Shown: piece after piece, positions 1-10,972 of the stretch
Layout: every line of letters starts with the position of its first letter
Position numbering within the stretch: position 1 is the first letter of the stretch
Assembly (NCBI RefSeq): GCF_964355755.1
Contig: NC_092680.1
Location: forward strand, 18,175,045-18,239,044
Length of the DNA stretch: 64,000 nucleotides
From: Antedon mediterranea
Taxonomy: Eukaryota; Animalia; Echinodermata
Direction: 5' to 3'
The notes under the pieces: generated by a model
What the model was told of the DNA's origin: nothing
The model's database searches: none
Seen by the model: the letters and a program-made list of their open reading frames with translations, nothing else
Position numbers and translations under genes: made by a program

Positions 1-618
1 AACCATGTGTTTTTTCTAAATGATGAACGAGTTATGGCGAACACCCACAGTATACATTAACTGAAAGAAAAAAATAATGTTTTAGGAACTGCATCTTGGA
101 GTTGTGGCTTGCTGGTTATGATGCTTGGCTACCAATCCAAGGCTACTGGGTTCCTTTCCTATAGTTTTTCTAATTTCTAATGACAAACTACAACTCTACT
201 ACAAGACTTGTAATAAGACTTTTTTTATGTAGAGCATCATATGTTTGTCTTGTTGTGAACGGTGATTGCCACATTTAAGAAGAGTGAATGAATTCGCTTT
301 TGGTTATACTTGGCAATTTGCCAATATTATATAAAAAAAAAACAAACAAAAGTAAAAAACAGTTTTTATATTTTACCGTTTAATATAAATGTAGTCAAGA
401 TACAGAACCTTGTACAGTATATCATAATTTTACACTTGTTTGTGGTTTGTCAATACATTTTGCAATCAAACAATACAAAATACATGCATGAAGTAATTTT
501 ACTTTGTGTTCTTTGAAATTATGCTCTGTCGTGATACGGCGTTTAAAAAGAATGGTGACGAATAAAAACGAATTTAGGCACACTGAATAGAATAATATTT
601 TTTTAAGTATAGGCCTAC

Positions 619-741
619 CTATTTTACGGCTGCTACATGTTGGGCCCATGTACCCATTGGCGCATTTGCAGACGCTAGTATTCTCTGTCGTAACACAAGT
701 ACCACCATTCAAGCAACCACCGCAATCATCTTGAATATCAG
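619..741 (-). CDS. LRP/LDLR-family YWTD-EGF protein, exon 6 (EGF domain); gene probably continues left of the window
   Basis: ttacag acceptor; CGGCLNGGTC...CKCANGYMGPTC six-Cys EGF; donor either after 619 (gtaggc) or after 628 (gtaaaa), both phase 1. Confidence 0.85.
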
Positions 742-1058
742 CTGTAATAAAAAAAATTAGTAATGGTATATTTAGTAAAAATAAGATTTTAGACTTGTGT
801 CTAAAATGAATAAGGGGAACTTTATGTTTACGACCTACCACCGACTAACCTAGGTCAGGTCAATCGATGTGTCGTCGGTCGTCGTCTGGACTGGACCTAA
901 GAACAAACGTGTGTCGAGGTGAGAAGCGAGGAAATCCGTCCCATACGCAGTTCAGTCGTCGCAAATCAAACGCTACGATATTATATACTTAGGTCCATGA
1001 TTATACTCTGAATTGTTAGACCACGAAAATAATAGTCTTAGTCCATAGTTAAACCTAC

Positions 1059-1319
1059 CTGTGAATGGGCCTATATAAAAGCCTGAATATGGATAACTAA
1101 ATTGAGTAATACTGCTCTCCAATGATTGATTTTCAGTTCTTGTATTAACTCTATATATGCCATCAGTCACCGTTTCTGTCCAGTAGATATAGGGGCCATA
1201 TATTTCAACATCAATGCAGTAATGACCGTCCAGATCAGCAATTGTTGCTCTGTTGGTTCCATCAAGGTTAGCTTCTTCAATGACATCAGTTACTGAATCA
1301 CACCAATACATCTTTCCAT
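1059..1319 (-). CDS. LRP/LDLR-family YWTD-EGF protein, exon 5
   Basis: DGKMYWCDSVTDVIEEANLDGTNR...YIYWTE...GFYIGPFT; ag acceptor, gtaggt donor. Confidence 0.92.
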
Positions 1320-1749
1320 CTTAAAGATAACAACAAAAATATATAAAAAAATAATTAACAATGGGATGAACAAGGGGCCCGGATGTAGTTTAATCCAATA
1401 ATTCAGTATGTGACAGTTTTACTCTCTTTTTTTTATCTCTAAACAGATAATGCTTTCATTGTGTTAAATTATAAAGACCAGCGTAATGGAGTTTGTTTAC
1501 GTTCAGCCACAGGTGGAAATGTCCAGGCATTTACGATATAAACAAACTTTGTCGAGATATGTTTTTTATAACAGTTATAGTGTATTTGTTCTTTATGACT
1601 GATTTCTAATATTTAAAAGATATAAATAAACTTCCACACATCCTACAAAAGCCGGGACTTGTATAAAGGCCGTTGCATAGAAAGAATGTTATCTACAATC
1701 CCCGCCTGTCCGTAAATAGGCCAGGGGAAACAGAGAACAAAATTGAAGA

Positions 1750-2730
1750 TAAAGAAATACAGTATTACAAAATTGTATTAAAACATTGAATGAGAAACTA
1801 ATTAACAATTCGAGTATTGATATTGAAGAAATTGAGACAGAAATAGATCTAAACAAAGGAATTGGAAAATATTTACAGTAAAAAACAAAAGGTGCTTATA
1901 TACGATCAATGGTTATAAATGGATAGAGGAGTAGCACAAAATACTTCTTAGGTTTGGAGAAAAGTAATGGATCAAAAAAGCATATAAAAAGTATTTTTAA
2001 AAAAAAGGTAAATTATTGAAAAAACCAAAGGAAATCATATGTGAAGAGATAAGATTCTTTATGAAACTACATTATAAAGGAATGTTGCTACCTGGTCCTA
2101 TAAAAGAGGAAGGGCGTATAGCACAACTTGCAGATGATACACTATTGTTTGCAGGAAACGAAAAAAGTATAAAAAGAGGTCTAATCATTGTTAATAATTT
2201 CTGTGAAGTAACTGGTTTAAGCTTAAACGAGAATAAAACTAGTGCCAGGTGGATTTTATAGAAGGTATGTTTGTTGCTCAAGAAAAGTAAAAAATGAGAA
2301 AAACAAAAAATATGCACAACTTAATTACAAATTGCTTCTCAGAAGTTTAACAACAAATTTACAATTATATAAATGGAATATTAAAAATACAAAAAAATGT
2401 GAGTTATGCCATCATGTGATGTAAATGAGGATGAAAAACACATGTTTTTCAAATGTAAAAGCAATGTCTATTTATGGGAAAAAATCACTGAAATATATAA
2501 AATATATATAATATACTAAATTGCTCTATATTCTAAATACAACATAAAAAGTATTGTTAGAATTAAATAAGTCAGTCTGTAAAAACTCATGGATCATGTT
2601 TAAAAATATACTTACACAAGAGAATTCCATGAATGTATTTTTTATTTTTTTTTAAGGTTACTGTAAACAAACTAATTTGTACAAAAACGTAAATAGTGCA
2701 AATAAAACAGAAAAGAAAAAAAAGGGAAAA
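1750..2730 (+). mobile_element. Decayed L1/Tx1-clade LINE ORF2 fragments in intron 4
   Basis: KTKGAYIRS...YFLGLEKSN; RT motif IAQLADDTLLF...NFCEVTGLSLNENKT; C-terminal zinc-finger-like KCELC...EDEKHMFFKC; AATAAA and A-rich tail. Confidence 0.85.
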
Positions 2731-3114
2731 TACTAAAAAGAAGAGTAAGAAGAAAGCACTGAAAATGCTATACTCTAGTACTCAACTAGTTATTGAGTTG
2801 ATTTTGATTCTCTATATTAAATTGTAAATATAAATATATGAATGATCTCTTGCTGAGTTTTTTTACATTTTACAATAACTATTTTTCAAATGGGACTGGT
2901 TCGTCCTGGAAACGAAGTGCCATTTCACGTTTATTTTATCTTTGTAGGCGCAGCCTACTCCATGACCCAAGGCCCTTGTTACATGGCTGTTCCAGCATAT
3001 CATATCTGGCCCGCGGCGACATTTGTAAATTGCAATATGGCCCACGGTAGAAACTGTTGAGAACCTCAGACATAGGCTAATAACTAAAAAATAAAATATA
3101 AGTTGTATCTGAAC

Positions 3115-3242
3115 CGTTAACTGATAACACAAGCCCATCTGGTGATGAAAGTGTTGTCACAATTAGTTCTTCTCTGGTACTCAAGTCATTCAGCTTCGCG
3201 CGCTCTATCTTTTCCAAAGACCAATCAGTCCAGTACAGGTAT
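3115..3242 (-). CDS. LRP/LDLR-family YWTD-EGF protein, exon 4
   Basis: ttttatag acceptor; YLYWTDWSLEKIERAKLND...SSPDGLVLSVN; weaker gttcag donor but phase matches exon 5. Confidence 0.88.
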
Positions 3243-3568
3243 CTATAAAATAAAGCATAATGATTTCTCGTATTTATAACGTCCGTGTGTACAGATATAT
3301 AATACAACTATTACAACCGGAACAGATTAAAATATTCAATTTCATTATTAATAAGAACACCAATGGAAATTAATGAAATTAATCAAATCAATGTTGAATT
3401 TTGATCTACGTCATTTAAAAAAAAATTATTGTGCATAGAGCAGAGATAGATTGACTTGAATACGGTAAGTAAACCGCTCAGTAGGTGATTCATTTGTAGA
3501 CGTTTATAATGAGAACCCACCTAAGCAAGATTTGAACCCGGTTTCTTCTGATTAGATAAGCTACATAC

Positions 3569-3731
3569 CCGTTAACAGTATCTATCGCAATCCCACGTAC
3601 ACCGTCTAATAATGTATTAAAAAGAACTGTTCTGCCTGTTCCATTGAGATTTATTACTTCGATTCGGCGTTCTAGCTCATCCGTCCAATAGAGTTTATTT
3701 CCAATTACATCAACGGCAATACCACTAACAC
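3569..3731 (-). CDS. LRP/LDLR-family YWTD-EGF protein, exon 3
   Basis: Not in the ORF track; manual translation GVSGIAVDVIGNKLYWTDELERRIEVINLNGTGRTVLFNTLLDGVRGIAIDTVNG; ag acceptor, gtatgt donor. Confidence 0.92.
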
Positions 3732-3930
3732 CTTAATTAATGAGAAATATCATCTTTATATTATTGTTTTGGGTTAACATTACCTTGAAACATTACCTCA
3801 TACAGCCTCATATTATGTATTAGGCCTAACCTATATTTTAATTCTTGGCCAAGTTCTTCTTCACGGCTGTCAATAGTACATTCTACTTGATAATTAATTG
3901 AACATAAAAAGAATAATGTCTTGTTCTTAC

Positions 3931-4179
3931 CCGTAACTTCAGTAGAAACCAAAAGTTTGTGCTGATTATTGGCAAATGAATACGATTCAATTGTATCTCT
4001 AGTAGAAGAAGACCAGTATAACGTTAATGTGTTGGGATTATAATCAAGAGCCGTAATACCGTCTGGTGTTGGTGACACTGTCTGCGGCAATGCTTCCACA
4101 AAGTTTAAAGTTGTGTTTGTCAGACTTATGTTTGAATAATAAATGGTATCTTCACCACCCACGAACACAATATCACGTC
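3931..4179 (-). CDS. LRP/LDLR-family YWTD-EGF protein, exon 2
   Basis: ttacag acceptor; GRDIVFVGGEDTIYY...DGITALDYNPNTLTLYWSS...VSTEVT; gtaag donor; YWTD-type repeat. Confidence 0.9.
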
Positions 4180-4753
4180 CTGTAAGACAATAACGTTACA
4201 TCGAATACAATAACTTAAATAACACAAATACAATAACTTAACACCAGTACGTTCTAATAAACGAAACACGAATACAGAATTGTTGTAAAAAACGTTTTTG
4301 TTACCTCCGTGCATCCGTCAGACAGCGTAACACAAACTACAAATTATAATTATAGTTAATATCTAGGCCTAATTTGTTAGGTAAAAAACGAAAGCTCCCT
4401 CTATAGCGTAAAACATCCTTCTGTAACAACAAACCTAATTTCTGAAAACACAAACTTTACTTCAGAAAATAATATATTATTACAATATTAATAGAAGACA
4501 CATAGTTTATTATTATTAATTAATTTTTTTGTAAGAATTATGGAAATTAGAAAGAGCTAACCGTACCTTTATGCCTACCGTAACAGAGTTATATTAGGAA
4601 GGTAACCAGTTAAGTACATATATTTTTGTTAAAATTATAGTGTAGTTTAATAGTCAGTTTGTATGATACATGATTATATTTAACCGTATTTATATATTTT
4701 TTTTCTAAAAACGCATAATTATATTAAGGCCATGTCTTGAAGTCGATACTTAC

Positions 4754-4814
4754 CATAAACGAATCCTATGCGTAACGTCACTAGACACATTGCAAACAAT
4801 AGAGATGTCATCAT
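4754..4814 (-). CDS. LRP/LDLR-family YWTD-EGF protein, exon 1 (signal peptide)
   Basis: ATG at 4814; MMTSLLFAMCLVTLRIGFVY-G is a hydrophobic signal-like peptide; GTAAGT donor; phase 1 joins exon 2 in frame. Confidence 0.8.
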
Positions 4815-5048
4815 GTTACTTCTATATACAAGAACAAATCTGTTATCAAGGATCCATGACAACTTAATTATATCTTGTTGTTTACATGTCAAACGAAAAC
4901 TAGGCATAATAATATTAATAATAAATATCGTGTTATAATACCATAAATTCTGTGCTTCAAGCTTTTTTACATGGATACAATTTATCGAAAACGTTGATCA
5001 AATAGATATCATTGTGTGCAACTTATGATTTCAATTATAATACAAACT

Positions 5049-5500
5049 CTACAAAGGACTTTCGTCCTCGAATTGCTTAAGTTGCGGAACCTGCGGTGGG
5101 TTCTTCTTTGATTTTAGGCCAAAGTGCAGGCTTGAGTCACTTGGCTTGTGTTGGTCGCCATCTTGCAGGAAAAAATATGCCTTCCATCGCATACGCTTTA
5201 TCAAACCCTCCACCTTTCCGATTAAAGCTTTCTTGTAGTTGGTAAGTGAGGGGATCGGTATGTTCTTCATCGAATAATTGTAGATGATGCGTTCCATCGT
5301 AGGTGCTGCTTCTCGGCGAGAGTGCTCAACAAAATAAGGAGCTGGATATATTTATATAGATGCGTTGAGGCAGCAAAAGTGCTCAATTGAAATCAAGAGC
5401 GAATATATATTTATGAATTAGATAGAACACGGGCGTCTATTACACGGTGTTTCACGTTAAACGATATTCAGATAGACTGAACAATACCGTATCTCAAGGT
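5049..5500 (-). mobile_element. 5' fragment of a Penelope-like retroelement (Naiad-type N-terminus) with upstream hammerhead motif
   Basis: ORF NYSMKNIPIPS...KVEGLIKRMRWKAYFFL...FGLKSKKNPP...LKQFE resembles, from recall, PLE N-termini; hammerhead fold at 5435-5477 on the same strand. Confidence 0.75.
5435..5477 (-). ncRNA. Type I hammerhead ribozyme (core variant)
   Basis: GTCTAT-CTGAATA-T CGTT T AACG T-GAA-ACAC C GTGT-A-ATAGAC: perfect 6-bp stem I, stems II and III, GUA cleavage triplet; CUGAAUA deviates from CUGANGA. Confidence 0.75.
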
Positions 5501-6009
5501 GTTATAAGGCTTTAGTCAGGTGGTATGTAAATTGTCTTGTTCTTTACAGCAATATAAATATTAATAACTAAATGCTATAGACGTATTTCTTTCCGGAAGT
5601 TTGATTTCACTCGTGAAAACAGTAACATCGGTTAAATTACCATGCTACGATGAATACAATCTCCTCTAAAGCCAAAACCGCTAAGCTTAATTTATTCTGT
5701 AAATTATGTCTCAAAGGTGCATTTGATTGGTTCTTTTTACGGACTAATAAAATTTGTGAAGCCTCTTTGGGCTCCACATATCGTTACGTACAGAATAGCC
5801 ATGATAATTCAGGTATATTTATTGTCCAAAACAGACGATCAATGATACAAATAGCCAAAAGGCTGAAACCGTAACCTTTTACATAAAAAAGTTTAAAATT
5901 TATAAGAAAAAATCCTATATGTAAAAAAAAATGTATAAAATGTATAGAAAAATTAAATATAAGGAAAGACAACGAAATTCATATAAAGTAAAGGACATAA
6001 AAAAAGTCT

Positions 6010-6630
6010 AAGGTGTATCATTAAAGAGTCTGATTAGGGCTGGAATAGCTGACTTTCAGCGTCTCTCAGTACGGCAAAAAGATCATCAAAAGTTTTTCTA
6101 AGGCATCTCAAACACTCACGTTTAGGGAGTTACAAACTGCCGATATCAGATAAAAGAATTTTCTTCTCAAGGGGGCCAAATAAGAAACATTTCATCTCTT
6201 CTCGCCTTAAGCGAAGTAAGACCTACAGACAAAAGAGCAATGTATCGTAATGGTAGTCTGAACCGAGAATGAGACGTAACACTCTTTCCTGAATAAACTT
6301 AATACGCTTACCCTGCACGTTTAAAGAGGTATGCCAGACACAGCAAGCATACCGGTATTCTAAACACGGCCTAATATTATGTGGTATAAACACTACCATG
6401 ACATTTCGATGGTTTCGGAAGCATCTGATTATTAGTGCACCAGAGTTCAATCTCATTAATCATACATTGCATAGAGGAATCACAACCCTTCTAAAAAATT
6501 TCACCAAAGGTAAAGTCGTCAGCATATTTCCATTGCCTGCAGTTTCCCTCACAAGCATCATTAATGAGGATGAGAAAGAGCACAGGCCTCAACCTCGTAC
6601 CTTGCGGTACCCACAAGTAATTTGGCTTTT
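6010..6630 (-). mobile_element. Decayed CR1/L2-group LINE RT fragment
   Basis: ITCG-VPQGTRLRPVLFLILIND...WKYADDFT (6500-6625) and IRPCLEY(RY)ACCVWH; matching remnant at 9915-10155 includes GVRPSIIPIVCGFLSNR. Confidence 0.85.
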
Positions 6631-7125
6631 ACCATCAACATCTTTAAAAACAGAAGAGTCAAGCATGGTAATTAAATAATGAGAAGTCGAAAAACTTCTA
6701 CTACCGAACTGTTTGAAGTTCCAAATTAAGCAAGCGACCAAAAACACATATAAGGAACCGTTCCTATTAAATTATTGCCTGTAAGCGGTTTGTTTGAATG
6801 ACCCGACAACCTTGTTTGCGACTTCAGGGCTGTTGGTGCAAAATAAGTTTGTAACGGAACTTTTTCTTGATATGCAGATGTCCTAAACATTATACCACTG
6901 GGGCTTTCATGATGTTCAAAATTGCTCAGATAATAAAATGTATTACTTAATACTTACCCAGATTCTAAATTCGATTACTTAAACTAGAAATTGCTTACCG
7001 ACCAATTTACCTACACTGAAAGAGACTCGCCTTTATTGTCGTTATATGAAGTAAATTTGATTGTTATGTTAATTGGAATCCTAATTTATAAAGATTGTTT
7101 TATAAAACGTTCGATAAACCAATTA

Positions 7126-7166
7126 TTGCTACGTTTCGACTATTTTCAATAGCCTTGGTCAAGCAA
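7126..7166 (-). ncRNA. Atypical minimal hammerhead-like motif (PLE terminus); second copy at ~10394-10434
   Basis: TTGC-TTGACCAA-GGCTATT GAA AATAGTC-GAAACGT-A-GCAA: stem I, 7-bp stem II, ACGT palindrome; non-canonical core. Confidence 0.45.
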
Positions 7167-7431
7167 ATGACTATTATAATCCTTGTTATTATGTTCTTTA
7201 CTTAGGACAAATCTTCTTTTGCATACCGATAGATTTGGCGCTCCCTTTGCCATTCAAATGAAAAATGTCTTACTGTGAGTGTGGGTACTGTTAGATATAT
7301 ACAAATAAACTGTATTACTGTGAGTGCGGATAGGCCCTACTGTTAGGTATATAAACACATATTATACAAATAAACTTTATTACTGACAGTTGCTTGGTAT
7401 ACATGTACTGTACTATTTTAATCGACTATGA

Positions 7432-8266
7432 TTCTCTTCTTATTCAGCAAGATGTTGTTAGGCTTTGCAATTGGTCTGACACATGGAAAATGTTCTTAAA
7501 TCCGCTTAAGTGTCAGATTCTTACTTTATCACTTAAAAAACAAATTATTAATTTTGATTACACTATTAACGGACTTTCTCAGGGTTAACTTTCAAAAGAA
7601 TCTTGGCATTTATATTGATTCGAAACTTATCTTTAACAAACATGTTGATCATATTATTTTTGCCAAGGAATGTTAGGTATGCTTAGGCGTCACTGTAAAC
7701 ATATCGATAGTGTTACTTAACTTAAACTTTATATCTCTCTTGTCCGACCTATTTTTGACTTTTCATCAACAATTTACAATTCCATTTCGATCTCGCAATC
7801 AAATCGTATCGAATGAGTTCAATCCAAATTTATTTACTTTATTAACCACAACAATCCAGGTCCTTTAATTCATCTTCCTCCGCTTCATACTCGGAGAAGC
7901 TTCTTTGATTTGGTATTTCTTTTTAAATGCTGCAACTCCCTTTTTAAATGCAATATTTTATCATGTTTCCCCTTGCCCGTTGTCGATTCAACGTAACCAA
8001 AATTGGTTTCATTCAAAGATTATCAAAGCTTTTTAATTCAATTTCTATTAAAGATAAGACTATCGATATTCTTTTTGACACTTTGTCCAAATTTAAGTCT
8101 AAAGTTCTTAAATCGATTTAAGTTTGCCTTTCTGTATGTTTCATGTTTTGTATTTTAATGTGCTTTTAATTCTATATTTACATCTTAAGAGTTTTAAGGC
8201 ATCCTGTATTTGGCGATTTTTCGCTGTTGGATGTGGTTGAAATAAAATAAAATAAAATGAAATAAA
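7432..8266 (+). mobile_element. 5'-truncated CR1/Jockey-group LINE with (AAATA)n tail
   Basis: QQDVVRLCNWSDTWKMFLNPLKC...LGIYIDSKL...LYISLVRP; flanked by ATGA; empty site at ~10740 in copy B. Confidence 0.88.
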
Positions 8267-8483
8267 ATGACAGTGACAGTTTTAGCAAAGTATTAAATTG
8301 CAAATGTTTTACTCTATTTAGTGGTATATTATTTATAGGCCTATAAAACATGAAAATAAATTTCGTTACTGATAAAGAATATATTTAAAAATTGTTCCTC
8401 TTGGTACCCATCCTCTTCCCATCCCTCAACCCTAATGTTATATACAAAACACAAATTGGGTTTGTTTAAATGAGTCCAAATCA

Positions 8484-8610
8484 AAAACAAGGCCAACAGC
8501 CATAAGTCGCGTGCTAAAACGCATAGTGATACCGGACCGACAGACCGACAGACCGACAGACCGACCGACCGACATAGTGAACTATAGAGTCGCGTCCACG
8601 CGATTAAAAA
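8484..8610. mobile_element. Short Helentron/DINE-1-like non-autonomous element
   Basis: Internal (GACA/GACC)n microsatellite, terminal hairpin GTCGCGT-CC-ACGCGA, A-rich flanks; second copy at 12986-13198. Confidence 0.65.
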
Positions 8611-9023
8611 GGTAATTCCCAGGGTGCTAATATGAGTTGACTACATAAATCATCGTGTCTATTTATTCGTTTCTGTAAACGACAATGTATTATAGTCCTG
8701 CGGTACGTAAATTTAAAAAACGCTGAAATTACTGTGTATTCGAGAACCATCTGTGTGCACAACCTAGATGGTAAGCGATGCATCTATTATGTTATAATCC
8801 TCGTTATTTTTCTTTACTTATAGGACAATTCTTCCTATGCACACCAAGATTAAGGTAGATTATACATTACTGACTTTAATAAATTAATATTATTTAACGT
8901 ACTCACAGATTAAATCTTCTTACTTTTATTGAATTGAACTCTATCTCACTAAAGTTAATTATGTTAAATATTGTTGAAATAAATAAATAAATAAATATAA
9001 ATGTTATAAATATTATCTTCAAA

Positions 9024-9130
9024 ATGGAAAGATGTAGGCCTAATGGTGTGATAAAAGGAATGGGTATCATTGAGGAAGCTAACCCTAAAGGAACCAACAG
9101 GAAAGGCATTTATAATTTGCATGGAAAATC
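9024..9130 (+). pseudogene. Decayed inverted paralog of YWTD exon 5 (copy A)
   Basis: ttatcttcaaa|atggaaagatgta...tggtgtgat...atcattgaggaagctaaccctaaaggaaccaacagg aligns to exon 5 (IEEANLDGTNR); acceptor AG>AA, frameshift. Confidence 0.8.
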
Positions 9131-9180
9131 TCTGTTGACAAAATAAAATCAGATCATTTAGAAATAATACAAGCTGAAAA

Positions 9181-9330
9181 TAATGAAAATGCTGTGGGCA
9201 TCGGTGGCTGGATCTCACTGGAAATACACAATAAAATCAAAAAGATAAATTAAAACGATAAAGTAAAACAGCCAGACAAAATTAGTAGAGCTTTCGGGCA
9301 ACACTAGCCCTTCATCAGTGCAAGTGAGAG
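9181..9330 (-). mobile_element. Penelope-like terminal repeat carrying a minimal hammerhead ribozyme
   Basis: CTGATGA-A-GGGC TAGTGTT GCCC-GAAAGCTC; further copies at 11881-12010, 49672-49821 and 54445-54563 (hammerhead deleted). Confidence 0.75.
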
Positions 9331-9421
9331 TATATATATATTGTGAGGGTGTTTTATTTGTTGTATAGAGAATGTATCTGGTGGGTGAAAATCGTTGAAA
9401 ATCTGTGATAATACCAGACAT

Positions 9422-9492
9422 GGCTCTGTGGTCTAGTGGTATGATACTCGCCCTGTAAGCGAAAGGTCACAGGTTGAAATCCCGCCAGAGAA
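9422..9492 (+). pseudogene. tRNA(Pro)-like pseudogene or SINE head
   Basis: GGCTCTGTGGTCTAGTGGTATGATACTCGC...GCGAAAGGTCACAGGTTGAAATCCCGCCAGAG; A and B boxes present, anticodon loop and T-loop degenerate. Confidence 0.65.
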
Positions 9493-10972
9493 ATTTTTCA
9501 TCGATGTGCTATACTCGACGCGATTATGAGATCATGGTCCGAATATGAGCACTGTTTCAATAATTTGATAATATGATTTATTTGATCTTTAGTGCGCGTG
9601 CGTACAATTGCGGGAATAGTGCTGAAATCTGTGAAAATAAGTTGCTTCAACCGAGATTCGAACCCGGCATTACAAACTTATTTTTGTGCTAAAATCGTTC
9701 TGAAGGTCACCGAAAAACAACAAAAACACTGATTGTTCACACTATATTGGTCACAACTTCGCTGATACTTATCCGATATTTTTCTGGAAAAGTCAAATTT
9801 GTTCAAAGTTTAATAATCTTTACAGCAATATAAATATTAATAACTAAATGCTATAGACGTATTTTTTTTCAGTTTGATTTCACTCGTGAAAACAGTAACA
9901 TCGGTGAAATTACCCTTTTTAACAATTTCACCAATGGTAAGGTCAAAATATTTCCATCACCTGCAGTTTCCCTCACAAGAATCATTAATGAGGATGAGAA
10001 AGAGCACAGGCCTCAACCTCGTACGTTGTGGTACCCACAAGTAATTTGGCGTGTAGATGATATATTAGTGCCAATTTTGGAATTAATAACTCTATTAGAA
10101 AGGAAACCGCAGACGATGGGTATGATTGACGGTCTAACACCAAATGTAAATCTTATTAATTAAAACGATGTGCAAAATTGCACTGATAATAAAATGTATT
10201 ACTTAATACTTACCCAGATTCCAAATTCGATTAGTTAAACTAGAATTCGCTTACCGACAAATTTACCAACACTGAATGAGACTCGCCTTTATTGTCGTTA
10301 TATGTAGTAAATTTGGCTGTTATTATTTGGGTTTAGTTAATTTGAATTATTATATATAAAGATTGTTTTATAAAACTTTCGATAAACCAATTATTGCTAC
10401 GTTTCGACTATTTTCAATAGCCTTGGTCACGCAAATGACTATTATAATCCTGGTTATTATGTTCTTTACTTAGGACAATTCTTCTTATGCCCTATGTTTT
10501 TTTAAATCCGGTTGAACAGGTCGATTTTCTTTAAATAAAATAATATTTTGATGGATTTAAATAAACTGTATTACTGTGATTGTGAATAGGCCCTACTGTT
10601 AGGTATATAAACACATAATATACAAATAAACCTTATTACTGACAGTTGCTTCTAAACGTTTGTATTAATTAATAATTACAAAAAAAATGTAAACGTCGTG
10701 GTGGTGTATACATGTAGGCCTACTGTACTATTTCAATCGACTATGACAATGACAGTTTTAGCAAAGTATTAAATCACAAATGTTTTACTGTATTTTAATA
10801 CTGGTATATTATTTATAGGCCTATAAAACACGAAAACATATTTCGTTACTGAGTGGATAACGAATATTTACAAATTGTTCATCTTTGTACCCATCCTCTT
10901 CCCAATCCCTCAACCCTAATGTTATATATTTGTTTAAATGAGTCCAAATCAAAAAGTTATCTTTCTCTTTCA

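Larger units (their letters stand above)
5541..9340. repeat. Segmental tandem duplication, copy A
   Basis: Colinear near-identical blocks shared with 9817-12015, beginning tctttacagcaatataaatattaataactaaatgc. Confidence 0.9.

Noticed and set aside
6950-7030. Minus-strand micro-exon-like splice signals (also ~10205-10285)
   Set aside because: No coherent reading frame or link to a gene model; lies in decayed duplicated sequence
9422-9492. Functional tRNA gene
   Set aside because: T-loop reads TTGAAAT, the anticodon loop is irregular and the acceptor stem is incomplete
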